64,000 nucleotides of DNA from assembly GCA_002733545.1 (NCBI GenBank), contig NVVX01000001.1:45099-109098 (forward strand), written 5' to 3'. Origin of the DNA: Alkaliphilus sp. (GTDB taxonomy: Bacteria > Bacillota > Clostridia > Peptostreptococcales > NVVX01). How positions within the stretch are numbered: position 1 is the stretch's first letter; each line of letters starts with the position of its first letter. Shown here in pieces: positions 38,749 through 48,807 of the stretch. A program made the position numbers and the translations under genes. The notes under the pieces were generated by a model. It had not been told where the DNA came from. It did no database searches and was given only the letters and a program-made list of their open reading frames with translations.

Positions 38749-39471
38749 ATGAGAAAAACAGCCTCGGCATTTATTATTATAATTACATTTGTTGTTTTAG
38801 GATATTTTATTACATTCCACTTTAGAAATATTTCTGAAGAGTATTCTTTTGTTAGCATAAGAAATATTACAGAATTACAGAATGAAATAAATAGAAAAAA
38901 AGAGGAAATAAGAAGTATTAATGGTATAATAGTAAAGAAAAGAGACCAGCTTAAGCAATATGAGGTTGCAATAAAAGAAGAAGGAACAATAAAAGAAGTT
39001 TTACGTAGCAAAATAGAAATCGCGAGAATTCATGCTGGGTTTGTCGACATTGAAGGTACTGGTGTAATAATTGTATTAAGAGATAGTGAACGTGACCTTT
39101 ATAAAAATGAGGACCCTAATAATCTAATTGTACATGAAAGTGATATTTTAGTTCTTTTAAATGAATTGAAAGTTGCAGGAGCTGAAGCATTGTCTGTAAA
39201 TGGACAAAGAGTATTATTTATGACAGGCGTTAAATGTACGGGACCTACTATAACAATAAATGGTTTTACATATGGACAACCATTTATTATTAAAGCTATT
39301 GGTAATACTACTGCCTTAAATGCTGCTATAATGTCTCCTAACGCGTCTGTGGTTATTTTAAAAGAAGTTTTTGGCTTAGACATTAAGTCAAGAATAAGCC
39401 CTCGAGTAAGGATTGCAAAATTTAGTGAGAGTACAAGCTTTAAACACCTCACAGTAAAGGAAGGTTATTAA
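38749..39471 (+). CDS. DUF881 (YlxX-like) protein
   Basis: IVHESDILVLLNELKVAGAEALSVNGQR and PFIIKAIG. Confidence 0.88.
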   Translation: MRKTASAFIIIITFVVLGYFITFHFRNISEEYSFVSIRNITELQNEINRKKEEIRSINGIIVKKRDQLKQYEVAIKEEGTIKEVLRSKIEIARIHAGFVDIEGTGVIIVLRDSERDLYKNEDPNNLIVHESDILVLLNELKVAGAEALSVNGQRVLFMTGVKCTGPTITINGFTYGQPFIIKAIGNTTALNAAIMSPNASVVILKEVFGLDIKSRISPRVRIAKFSESTSFKHLTVKEGY

Positions 39472-39472
39472 T

Positions 39473-39811
39473 ATGTTAATTGCTCTACTTGGACTAGCTA
39501 TAGGGATATTTTTGGGATTTTACCTACCCATAACATATCCAATCGCTTTTTCGTTGTATATTTCAATTGCAATTTTAGCAGCGCTAGATTCTGTGTTTGG
39601 TGCATTAAAAGCTAGTTTAGAAAAAACGTTTAATACTGCAATATTTGTATCAGGTTTTTTTGGAAATGCTATTCTTGCTGGCGGATTGGCATATATTGGA
39701 GACAGAATGGGTATTCCACTGTATTACGCAGCAATTTTCGCTTTCGGGAATAGGTTGTTTAATAATTTTGCAATAATAAGAAGACATATGTTAAATATTA
39801 AGAGTGATTAA
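39473..39811 (+). CDS. sbp: Small basic protein (DUF1290)
   Basis: AILAALDSVFG, FVSGFFGN and AAIFAFGNRLFNNFAIIRR. Lies just before ftsZ. Confidence 0.88.
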   Translation: MLIALLGLAIGIFLGFYLPITYPIAFSLYISIAILAALDSVFGALKASLEKTFNTAIFVSGFFGNAILAGGLAYIGDRMGIPLYYAAIFAFGNRLFNNFAIIRRHMLNIKSD

Positions 39812-39822
39812 CAAAAAGTATA

Positions 39823-39849
39823 GAAGGAACTTAAGTTGCTATGTTGAAT
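39823..39849 (+). promoter_or_regulatory. Probable SigH promoter for ftsZ
   Basis: GAAGGAACT-N11-GTTGAAT (AGGA-N17-GAAT). Confidence 0.6.
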
Positions 39850-39915
39850 AATAAAGGTAATAGACTAGAATACGAAATTGAAAAGGCTTCGTATTACATA
39901 ATAGGGGGTTATAAA

Positions 39916-40986
39916 ATGTTAGAATTTGATATAGAAATGGAAAGATTTGCACAAATCAAAGTTATTGGAGTTGGAGGTGGCGGGAGTAACGCTGTCAATA
40001 GAATGATTGATTCGGGCTTGAAAGGGATAGAATTTATTGCCATTAATACTGATAAACAAGCTTTGCTTAGTTCAAAGGCTGAGTATAAAATACAAATCGG
40101 AGAAAAACTAACAAAAGGGTTAGGTGCAGGAGCCAACCCAGAAATAGGAAAAAAGGCAGCAGAAGAAAGTAGAGAAGAAGTACATAATTATTTGCAGGGA
40201 GCAGACATGATATTTGTTACTGCTGGAATGGGAGGCGGAACAGGTACTGGAGCAGCCCCTATAATTGCAGAAATGGCTAAAGAAATGGGAGTTCTAACCG
40301 TAGGCATTGCGACTAAACCGTTTACATTTGAAGGAAAAAGAAGAATGCTACATGCAGAACAAGGAATCCAGGAATTAAGAAAAAGTGTCGATACACTAGT
40401 GACTATTCCAAACGACCGATTATTGCAAGTTATAGAAAAAAAGACAACTATGTTAGATGCTTTTAAAATAGCTGATGACATATTGAGGCAAGGAGTGCAA
40501 GGTATTTCTGATCTAATAGCAGTACCTGGTCTTGTCAACCTAGATTTTGCAGATGTTAAGACAATTATGCTTGAGCAAGGTTTAGCACATATGGGTATTG
40601 GTAGAGCAAGCGGTGAGAATAGAGCCGTAGATGCTGCAAAACAAGCGATACAAAGCCCGTTGTTAGAAACTACAATTGTAGGAGCGAAAGGTGTGTTGTT
40701 AAACATTACAGGAGGAGAGGGACTAGGGTTATTTGAAGTAAATGAAGCTGCAGAGATAATTACTCAAGCTGCTGATCCTGATGCTAATATTATTTTTGGT
40801 GCAGTTATTAACGAAGAATTAAATGATGAAATTGTGATCACTGTAATAGCAACTGGATTTGAAAAGGACAAAACAAAAAGCAAACAAACTGAACCACTGT
40901 TTAGCAAAGCAAAGCAGGAAGCCTGCGCAGAACAAGAAACAGAGGAGCTAGATATTCCAGTATTCTTGAGAAGGAAAAAACAGTGA
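39916..40986 (+). CDS. ftsZ: Cell division protein FtsZ
   Basis: [30 protein letters not shown] and C-terminal [12 protein letters not shown] 39916 follows AGGGGG. Confidence 0.98.
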   Translation: MLEFDIEMERFAQIKVIGVGGGGSNAVNRMIDSGLKGIEFIAINTDKQALLSSKAEYKIQIGEKLTKGLGAGANPEIGKKAAEESREEVHNYLQGADMIFVTAGMGGGTGTGAAPIIAEMAKEMGVLTVGIATKPFTFEGKRRMLHAEQGIQELRKSVDTLVTIPNDRLLQVIEKKTTMLDAFKIADDILRQGVQGISDLIAVPGLVNLDFADVKTIMLEQGLAHMGIGRASGENRAVDAAKQAIQSPLLETTIVGAKGVLLNITGGEGLGLFEVNEAAEIITQAADPDANIIFGAVINEELNDEIVITVIATGFEKDKTKSKQTEPLFSKAKQEACAEQETEELDIPVFLRRKKQ

Positions 40987-41040
40987 TACTAATTTACTAG
41001 ACAAACCAACTATATAGAATATCACACAATTACATTAACG

Positions 41041-41094
41041 ATAAAAAAATATAAAAAGAGACTCAATTAAGAGTCTCTTTTTATATTTTTTTAT
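41041..41094. terminator. Terminator after ftsZ
   Basis: Perfect 24-bp stem ATAAAAAAATATAAAAAGAGACTC / GAGTCTCTTTTTATATTTTTTTAT. Confidence 0.85.
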
Positions 41095-41108
41095 TTTTAC
41101 TACAATAA

Positions 41109-41161
41109 GCGACAAAAAAATTTGCTTTTATCTTATATACTAATCATATAAGTTTGTCAAC
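41109..41161 (+). promoter_or_regulatory. spoIIG promoter region with Spo0A-box-like sites
   Basis: GCGACAAA (reverse 0A-like site) upstream of -10 TATACT (41136-41141). TTTGTCAA lies downstream. Confidence 0.5.
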
Positions 41162-41208
41162 ATGAATAATTCTATAATAAGAATATGTCCTCTTTAGGAG
41201 TGGGTAGA

Positions 41209-42114
41209 TTGATTATTTATGCAGAGTACGTGTTCATTGAAAATTTTATAATGAACTTTATAATACTTTCATTAACGGCGAAGCTAGGTAAAGCAAAATT
41301 TAAGACTGGACAATTAATAATTGCCTCTACTATAGGTACAATGTATTCATTTATTATTTTTTTTCCAACGCTATATTTTCTTTTTACAACTTTAATGAAA
41401 ATCTCTTTCTCAATTTTGTTAATTGTAATTGCTTTTAGTCCATACAAATTTAAAGAGTTTTTTAAGCTGTTAGTTACTTTTTATCTAATAACATTTGTCT
41501 TTGGAGGTGCTGGTTTTGCAATATTTTATCTGACAAATTTTTCAGGTATAATAGGAAATGGGATATTTTACATAGTTGACTTATCTGCAAAACAAGTGTA
41601 TCTTTCATGCGGTTTAGCTTATATTTTAATACATATCAGTTGGAATTTTATACAAAGGCAGATTGTCAAAGAGAGAATTTTTATGAAGGTTAAAATTGAA
41701 ATGGAGGGCAAAAAAATCTCTTTTAATGGAATGGTAGACACAGGCAATAGTCTGACAGATCCTATTACTAAATATCCAGTGATAATAGTTGAATATGACA
41801 CATTAGTAGATTTGTTTCCAGACGATATAATAAATGCTTTTGAAAACAGCAAGCCGCTAGATTTCGAGAAAATAATAGCTGTTTTAAGTGGTACAACTTG
41901 GTTAAAAAGATTTCGTGTAATACCATTTGAATCAATAGGAATTGAAAAAGGGATGTTAGTGGGCTTTAGGCCAGATTTTGTAGTTGTCGAAAAAGAAACA
42001 AAAACAAGCAACATAAAAAATGTAATTATAGCAATGTATAGTAAAAAGCTTTCTACCACAGGAGAGTACAGCGCGCTACTGCATCCAGATATAATGTTTT
42101 ACGAGAAACTTTAA
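41209..42114 (+). CDS. spoIIGA: Pro-sigmaE processing aspartic protease
   Basis: ENFIMN, multi-TM N-terminus, VDTGNSLTDP and R.IPF.SIG...GML.GFRPD. TTG start after AGGAG. Confidence 0.93.
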   Translation: MIIYAEYVFIENFIMNFIILSLTAKLGKAKFKTGQLIIASTIGTMYSFIIFFPTLYFLFTTLMKISFSILLIVIAFSPYKFKEFFKLLVTFYLITFVFGGAGFAIFYLTNFSGIIGNGIFYIVDLSAKQVYLSCGLAYILIHISWNFIQRQIVKERIFMKVKIEMEGKKISFNGMVDTGNSLTDPITKYPVIIVEYDTLVDLFPDDIINAFENSKPLDFEKIIAVLSGTTWLKRFRVIPFESIGIEKGMLVGFRPDFVVVEKETKTSNIKNVIIAMYSKKLSTTGEYSALLHPDIMFYEKL

Positions 42115-42135
42115 ATAAATTTTAGGAGGAAAAAA

Positions 42136-42849
42136 ATGAAGTATTCAATTAAATATTACGTGACCAAAATACTGCTATTTTTAAAAATTACAAAAAGAGA
42201 AAAGATTTTTTATATAGGCGGAAGCGAAGCCTTACCGCCTCCACTATCAAGAGAAGAAGAAGTTACTCTATTAGCTAAGTTAGGAAAAGAGGAAAATTCA
42301 GTAAGAAGCACCTTGATTGAGAGAAACTTACGTTTAGTTGTATATATTGCACGAAAATTTGAGAACACTGGAGTAAATGTAGAGGATCTAATCTCAATTG
42401 GTACAATAGGCTTAATTAAGGCTGTAAACACTTTTAAACCTGATAGAAACATAAAGCTAGCTACATACGCGTCAAGATGTATTGAAAATGAAATTCTAAT
42501 GTTTTTAAGAAGAAACAACAAAAAAAGATCAGAAGTATCGTTCGATGAACCGTTAAACACAGATTGGGATGGAAATGAGTTGCTTCTCTCAGATATTCTA
42601 GGTACCGCAAATAACGTGATTTCTTTAGAAATAGAAAAAAAAGTTGACAGAGAACTTTTGCTACTAGCATTAAATAGGTTGTCAAAGAGAGAGAAGAAGA
42701 TAATGGAGTTGCGATTTGGACTTATATTTGGGAATGAGAAAACGCAAAAAGAAGTCGCAGACTTATTAGGCATTTCACAGTCCTATATATCACGATTAGA
42801 AAAAAGGATATTTCAGAGATTAAAAAAAGAAATGAAAAAAATGATATGA
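42136..42849 (+). CDS. sigE: Sporulation sigma factor E
   Basis: Pro-sequence followed by [28 protein letters not shown] and [13 protein letters not shown]. Confidence 0.97.
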   Translation: MKYSIKYYVTKILLFLKITKREKIFYIGGSEALPPPLSREEEVTLLAKLGKEENSVRSTLIERNLRLVVYIARKFENTGVNVEDLISIGTIGLIKAVNTFKPDRNIKLATYASRCIENEILMFLRRNNKKRSEVSFDEPLNTDWDGNELLLSDILGTANNVISLEIEKKVDRELLLLALNRLSKREKKIMELRFGLIFGNEKTQKEVADLLGISQSYISRLEKRIFQRLKKEMKKMI

Positions 42850-42938
42850 AGTAGAATATAATCTACAAAATTGTTAATAATTAAATTGTACAGCTTTGCA
42901 CTTAAAGGGGTAATTCAAAGTGAGAGGATTGTTGATTT

Positions 42939-43712
42939 ATGTATATTAACAAAGTGGAAATCTGCGGCGTAAACACATCGGAATTACCAGTATTGACAGA
43001 CAAAGAAATGAAAAAATTATTTGTGAGAATTGATAATGGCGATGAAACTGCAAGAGAGGAATTTATTCAAGGTAATCTAAGACTAGTACTAAGTGTAATT
43101 AAAAGGTTCAACAATAGAGGAGAACATGTTGACGACCTGTTTCAAGTAGGATGTATAGGACTTATCAAAGCAATTGATAATTTTGATCTAAGCCACGGAG
43201 TGCGGTTTTCTACTTATGCAGTACCCATGATTATTGGGGAAATTAGAAGGTACTTAAGAGATAACAACACTATAAGAGTTAGTAGATCCTTAAGAGATAC
43301 TGCATACAAAGCACTTCAAGTAAGAGATCAATTAACTAAATCAAAGGGTAGAGAACCAACAGTCGCAGAGATAGCAGAAAATTTAAACATGAAAAGAGAA
43401 ACTATAGTTTTTGCCCTTGATGCGATTCAAGATCCGGTTTCGTTGTTTGAACCTATATACCACGATAGTGGTGATGCGATTTTTATTATGGATCAAGTGA
43501 GTGACAATAAAAACGCTAGCGAAATGTGGGTAGATGAAATTGCAATAAACGAAGCTATGTTAAGATTAAACGAAAGGGAAAAACATATAATATCATTAAG
43601 ATTTTTTGCGGGGAGAACACAAATGGAAGTTGCAGATGAAATAGGAATTTCGCAAGCACAAGTTTCTAGACTAGAAAAAACTGCACTCAGACAAATGAGA
43701 AAGCATATCTAA
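42939..43712 (+). CDS. sigG: Sporulation sigma factor G
   Basis: NKVEICGVNTSELP, GNLRLVLSV and TQMEVADEIGISQAQVSRLEK. Confidence 0.97.
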   Translation: MYINKVEICGVNTSELPVLTDKEMKKLFVRIDNGDETAREEFIQGNLRLVLSVIKRFNNRGEHVDDLFQVGCIGLIKAIDNFDLSHGVRFSTYAVPMIIGEIRRYLRDNNTIRVSRSLRDTAYKALQVRDQLTKSKGREPTVAEIAENLNMKRETIVFALDAIQDPVSLFEPIYHDSGDAIFIMDQVSDNKNASEMWVDEIAINEAMLRLNEREKHIISLRFFAGRTQMEVADEIGISQAQVSRLEKTALRQMRKHI

Positions 43713-43840
43713 AATAATTGTATACATTGCTTAAAAATAAAACACCAGAAATGGTGTTTTAAATTATTGAGTAATAAAGTGTAGGTTAAGTTTATAAATA
43801 TAGTATTATGCACAAATACTAGAAGAAAGGTGTGGTGAAC

Positions 43841-44161
43841 ATGATAAAAGCCTCAGAATTAACTCAAAAAGAAGTTATAAATGTTATAGACGGGAAAAAA
43901 ATTGGTATTATAACAGATGTTGAAATAGATCTTAGTAAAGGATTGATTACCGCAATAATAGTACCAGAAAACGAACGATTTATGGGAGTGTTTGGGAAAG
44001 AGTATGATTATGAAATTAGCTGGGAAGAGATAAAAAAAATTGGGGAAGATGTCATTCTTGTAGAAACTAACGCAAGTGTTGAATTAAATCACCAAAGGCT
44101 TGAAGGTCAAAAGCATAGTATAATTAAGCCAGAATTTATTGAGAAAAACAAAATAGTGTAA
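43841..44161 (+). CDS. YlmC/YmxH-family PRC-barrel sporulation protein
   Basis: SELTQKEVINVIDGKKIG..DVEID and ISWEEIKKIGEDVILV. Confidence 0.88.
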   Translation: MIKASELTQKEVINVIDGKKIGIITDVEIDLSKGLITAIIVPENERFMGVFGKEYDYEISWEEIKKIGEDVILVETNASVELNHQRLEGQKHSIIKPEFIEKNKIV

Positions 44162-44265
44162 AAAATAAAGGGTTTTTATTTTTAAGAGAGAAGTAAGACT
44201 TAGAAAGGTTGAAATATTACGATACTATGAAAAGATAAAACGATAGATTAACTGGAGGAGATTTA

Positions 44266-44727
44266 ATGAATTGCCCGTTTTGTTCATATGCAGACAGTAG
44301 AGTTATTGATTCAAGACCAACAGATGAAGGGTATGTAATTAGGAGAAGAAGAGAGTGTAACTCATGCAATAAAAGATTTACAACATATGAGAAAATAGAA
44401 GAAATCCCTTTGCTTATTATAAAAAAATCTGGTAATAGAGAGCCTTTTGATAGAAACAAAATATTAAAAGGTATAGTTAGATCATGTGAAAAAAGACCAG
44501 TCGCGCTTTCGGATATAGAAAAAATTGTTGATGACATCGAAAAAAACCTATATAATTCAATGAAAAAAGAAATAGCAGCTGAATGTATTGGAGAAATTGT
44601 TATGGAGCGAATAAAAGAACTTGATGAAGTTGCATACGTACGGTTTGCTTCGGTATACCGTGAATTTAAAGACATTAACACATTTATGAGTGAACTTAGT
44701 AAAATACTTAGCGAGAAAAAACTTTAA
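44266..44727 (+). CDS. nrdR: Transcriptional repressor NrdR
   Basis: [28 protein letters not shown] cone and [10 protein letters not shown]. Confidence 0.97.
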   Translation: MNCPFCSYADSRVIDSRPTDEGYVIRRRRECNSCNKRFTTYEKIEEIPLLIIKKSGNREPFDRNKILKGIVRSCEKRPVALSDIEKIVDDIEKNLYNSMKKEIAAECIGEIVMERIKELDEVAYVRFASVYREFKDINTFMSELSKILSEKKL

Positions 44728-44746
44728 GTCGTAGGGAGAGATATGG

Positions 44747-45442
44747 ATGACAAGACAGAGAATACTAGTTGTTGACGATGAAGAGCATATATTAGAACTA
44801 ATCAAATTCAACTTAGACAAAAATGGGTTTGAAGTTGTCACGTGTGATAACGGAGAAGAAGCTATAAATTTATTAAATAACGATCTGTTTGATTTAGTGA
44901 TACTCGACTTAATGCTTCCAGGAATTGATGGCATAGAAGTATGCAAATATGTACGGAAAATTGATGGATTAGAAAAACTACCTATAATCATGTTAACAGC
45001 GAGAAGCGAAGAAACTGATCGTGTCCTCGGACTAGAATTAGGTGCTGATGATTATATGGTAAAGCCTTTTAGCGTGCGAGAATTGGTAGCTAGAATAAGA
45101 GCTGTACTAAGAAGAAGTGAAGATAAAAAAGAAAATACATACAAAATATTAAAAGTCAATGATTTAACTATAGATACTGAGAAGCATGAAGTTAAAGTGA
45201 AAGGAAGAATGCTTGAACTTACTCTAAAGGAGTTTGATTTGCTTAGAATACTAACTATAAACAGAGGAAAAGTGCTTTCTCGAAACTATTTGTTAGACGA
45301 AGTTTGGGGATATGATTTTTTTGGTGAAACAAGAACTGTAGATGTTCATATAAGACATTTAAGAAAAAAGATAGAAGATGCCAATGGCAACCCAATTGAT
45401 TACATCTCTACCATTAGAGGAAGAGGTTATAAAATGAAGTAG
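44747..45442 (+). CDS. OmpR-family response regulator (PhoP/PhoB-like)
   Basis: ILVVDDE, LDLMLP, LGADDYMVKPF and TRTVDVHIRHLR. Confidence 0.9.
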   Translation: MTRQRILVVDDEEHILELIKFNLDKNGFEVVTCDNGEEAINLLNNDLFDLVILDLMLPGIDGIEVCKYVRKIDGLEKLPIIMLTARSEETDRVLGLELGADDYMVKPFSVRELVARIRAVLRRSEDKKENTYKILKVNDLTIDTEKHEVKVKGRMLELTLKEFDLLRILTINRGKVLSRNYLLDEVWGYDFFGETRTVDVHIRHLRKKIEDANGNPIDYISTIRGRGYKMK

Positions 45443-45450
45443 GTGTTAGA

Positions 45451-46857
45451 ATGAAAAGAAAGATACTAATTATATTTTGTTCAATTTTGCTTGTTGGAAT
45501 CTTGCTAACAGGTTTTTTGTCGTTAAGTCTTATCAAAGCTAACTACAGCAATTTGTTAGATGATAAAATATACACAATAATTGGGTTGTCGATAATTATA
45601 GGATTGTTAGCATCGTTTGTACTAGCATATCGATTCATTAATAAAATGGTTGGACCATTAGTAGAGATGACAGAAGCCACTAAACAAATATCTGATGGTG
45701 ACTTAACAAAAAGAATCTCAGTTAATTCTTCTGATGAAATAGGGAAACTTGCTACCAATTTCAATAATATGGCAATAAGACTTTCAGAAACTATTAAAGA
45801 ACTATCTGAAAGCAATATAAATTTGAGTGCAGTATTAACAAGCATAATAAATCCAATTATTGCTGTTGATAATAATCACAGGATTGTGCTAATTAATCCT
45901 GCTGCAGAACAGTTATTCGAAGTAAGTGCAGAAGAAGCGAAAAACAAGCATATTTTAGAAGTGTTTAGAAATAATATTTTAGATGAAGAGTTAACTCATA
46001 TATTGGAAAACAAAATTGAAAGACAAATTGAAATATTCGTCAAAATACCACAAGAAAAAATATTGAAAATCTACACGAATTTAATAAAACCTAAAAACCA
46101 GCCAGATAAAATAATTGGAGTTGTAGTATTGATTCAAGACGTAACAGAAATCAGAAAATTAGAAAAAATGAGATCTGGCTTTGTAGCAAATGTATCACAT
46201 GAGCTAAGAACCCCACTAACATCAATTAGTGGGTTTATCGAAACTCTAAAGTCGGGAGCTATTGATGATGAGAAAACAAAAAGAAGATTTTTAGACATTA
46301 TTGATATAGAAACAGAAAGATTAACGAGGTTAATCGATGATATATTAACTTTATCTGACATTGAAAATACAAAACATAGAGATACTAGGCAAAAAATCTT
46401 GACTAGCGATTCAATTATAGAAGTAGAAGAGATTATGAAATCTGTAGCTAAGGCTAAAGGAATAGAAATACTATCAGAAATCGAATCAAATCTACCAGCG
46501 CTATATGGCAATAGAGATTGGTTTAAACAAATGATGATTAACTTACTTGACAATGCTATAAAGTACACAATAAGTGGTGGTAAAGTTCATATTTACGCAT
46601 ACGAAAAATATAATAAAATATTTATTTCAGTGAAAGATTCTGGAATAGGAATTCCAAAGAGTGATCTTCCAAAATTATTTGAAAGATTTTACCGAGTTGA
46701 TAAAGCAAGAAGCAGAAAAGTTGGGGGAACAGGACTTGGACTTGCAATAGTTAAACATATTGTCTTATCTTTTGATGGAAAAATAAAAGTTAGTAGTGAA
46801 AAAGGAAAAGGAACGGAATTTACTGTGATAATACCTATAAATAATGCAGTAAAGTAA
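45451..46857 (+). CDS. PhoR-like sensor histidine kinase (2 TM, HAMP, PAS, HisKA, HATPase)
   Basis: FVANVSHELRTPLTSI, NLLDNAIKY, DSGIGI, FERFYRVDKARSR and GTGLGL. Confidence 0.9.
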   Translation: MKRKILIIFCSILLVGILLTGFLSLSLIKANYSNLLDDKIYTIIGLSIIIGLLASFVLAYRFINKMVGPLVEMTEATKQISDGDLTKRISVNSSDEIGKLATNFNNMAIRLSETIKELSESNINLSAVLTSIINPIIAVDNNHRIVLINPAAEQLFEVSAEEAKNKHILEVFRNNILDEELTHILENKIERQIEIFVKIPQEKILKIYTNLIKPKNQPDKIIGVVVLIQDVTEIRKLEKMRSGFVANVSHELRTPLTSISGFIETLKSGAIDDEKTKRRFLDIIDIETERLTRLIDDILTLSDIENTKHRDTRQKILTSDSIIEVEEIMKSVAKAKGIEILSEIESNLPALYGNRDWFKQMMINLLDNAIKYTISGGKVHIYAYEKYNKIFISVKDSGIGIPKSDLPKLFERFYRVDKARSRKVGGTGLGLAIVKHIVLSFDGKIKVSSEKGKGTEFTVIIPINNAVK

Positions 46858-46941
46858 GCGATTTCAATTAACAATTCTATGCGTCAAACATAAAACCAAC
46901 AAGTAAGTGTAAAAAAGCAAGAGAGAGGATGTGGAGAAAAC

Positions 46942-47914
46942 ATGGGTGTTTCAAGTAAAGGCAAGAAGCCATTAGCTAATAAGTACGTAATGTTAGTAAT
47001 TGTACTGATGATTTTTTCGGTGCTTTACTCATTATACAACGAGTTGAGGATGGAGCGTGTAGTTATTTTTGTAGGTGAAAACACAGAATCTATCGAAAGA
47101 AGAATTACGAGAAAGGTTGAGGATTTTAGCGACATTTTTATGAACAACCCACAAAATTACGTTGCAGAGACTAAGAAACCGACTAGAGGACAAGGCGCTT
47201 TTTTTACATCACTAGATGAGGTGCAATCAACATACACTTCACTATCTTATCATAACTCTTGGTTGTTAAATAGAATTTTAATAATTATCATGAGTAGAGG
47301 GCAAGTCTATATGGTTTTTGTTGGAATTTTGCTGGCGACTGCAGTATACACTAATAAAGAAAGTTTGAATAGCGATAAATATAAACCTGCTAAAAGTATT
47401 ATAAAAAAACAAATGTATAAAATTCTCGCTATTATAATGTGTATTTTAATTGTAGGGCTTGTCTTAGGGCTAATCTTAGGAAATGTTATGTACTCTGCCT
47501 CGTTAAATGAAACGGAACAAATTAAGTATTTAAACAATCTCTTTATAGAGAAAAATATATGGAATCCTGATTTAATCTATACAGCTATATCTATTTTGGG
47601 TGGCATGATATACCTCTTCACATATGCTGTTTGGGGGATTATTTATTGGTCATATATTAAAAGATAGAGTGTTTGCATTGTTGCTTACTTTCTTAACGGC
47701 AAACCAGTGGTTTTTATATGCAATTACAACACCTATAGCTCCAATGTACTTTTTGCATCGTATTATATCTAAATTTATTTTTATACCTGGTGGCATGTTG
47801 ATAACTGTGCCAGACTTTAAGTACTATTATATTTTTATTTTGCTTACTTTCTTGGCTCTTATGTTACTGCTTTCTCAAAAGCTATTGCACAAAAGATTTG
47901 CTAGAGCAGAGTAA
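46942..47914 (+). pseudogene. Membrane protein gene split by an apparent +1 frameshift (ORFs 46942-47667 and 47624-47914)
   Basis: Removing one G from the G5 run at 47633-47637 fuses the ORFs into ...YAVWGLFIGHILKDRVF... The second ORF has no RBS. Confidence 0.6.
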
Positions 47915-47987
47915 TCTATTAAACATTGGAAAAGTTACAAAAACTGTACTAACAGTTTTGTGACTTTTTTTGTTTTTTTGTATCTCT

Positions 47988-48017
47988 GAATAATCTTCTT
48001 TAACAAAGGAAACGATA
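47988..48017 (+). promoter_or_regulatory. Probable SigF-type promoter for DUF1614-spoIIP
   Basis: GAATA-N15-GGAAACGATA. Confidence 0.55.
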
Positions 48018-48096
48018 GTTATATTAACTATATAATTGCAGCATATTTACTAAAAAACCTACAATTAATAAAAATGGATTCAAAAGGAGGAATATC

Positions 48097-48777
48097 ATGA
48101 CAATAGGATTGATTGTGTTAATAGGAATTACTGCTCTAGTATTTATGGGAGTTGCTGAAAGAGCATTAGATAGAATAAGATTAAGTGATAAAACAGCTGT
48201 TTTAGTATTGATAGCAATAATTGTCACAACATTATTCATACCTAATCTTTATATAACAAAAAACGTAGCTATAAATATTGGAGGATTCGTTATTCCAATG
48301 TTGCTTGTTGTTTACTTATTTTCTAAAGCTGGTACTACTAAAGAGAGAATAAGATGCATTGTTGCATCACTAATAACTGGAGTCGTTATTTACATTACAC
48401 AAAGATTTGTATTACCAGTAGAACCAGAGCAACTTAATGTAGATCCTAACTTTGTGTATTCGATTTTGGCAGGATTAATAGCATACTTAGCAGGTAGATC
48501 AAGAAGAACTGCATTTATTGCAGGTATTACAGGAGTAGTTCTCAGCGACATCATTCAACTAGTTGAAAACATAATTTATGAAATCCCTTCACCAACATTA
48601 TTTGGTGGGGCAGGTGGAGCAGATACAACCTTTATGGCAGGCATAATTGCACTACTATTAGTGGAAGTAATAGGAGAAATTCGCGAGAGACTACAGGGTG
48701 GTACAGAGAAAAAAGACTTATTTGTTAAAGAAGGTCAATTTATAAAAAAGAATGAAAATATAAAAAAAAGAAAATAA
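48097..48777 (+). CDS. DUF1614-like membrane protein
   Basis: GVAERALDRIRL, INIGGFVIP, AGRSRRTAFIAG and FGGAG.AD. Upstream of spoIIP. Confidence 0.75.
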   Translation: MTIGLIVLIGITALVFMGVAERALDRIRLSDKTAVLVLIAIIVTTLFIPNLYITKNVAINIGGFVIPMLLVVYLFSKAGTTKERIRCIVASLITGVVIYITQRFVLPVEPEQLNVDPNFVYSILAGLIAYLAGRSRRTAFIAGITGVVLSDIIQLVENIIYEIPSPTLFGGAGGADTTFMAGIIALLLVEVIGEIRERLQGGTEKKDLFVKEGQFIKKNENIKKRK

Positions 48778-48807
48778 GTGAATTTGACGAAAAGAGGCAT
48801 AAAACAT

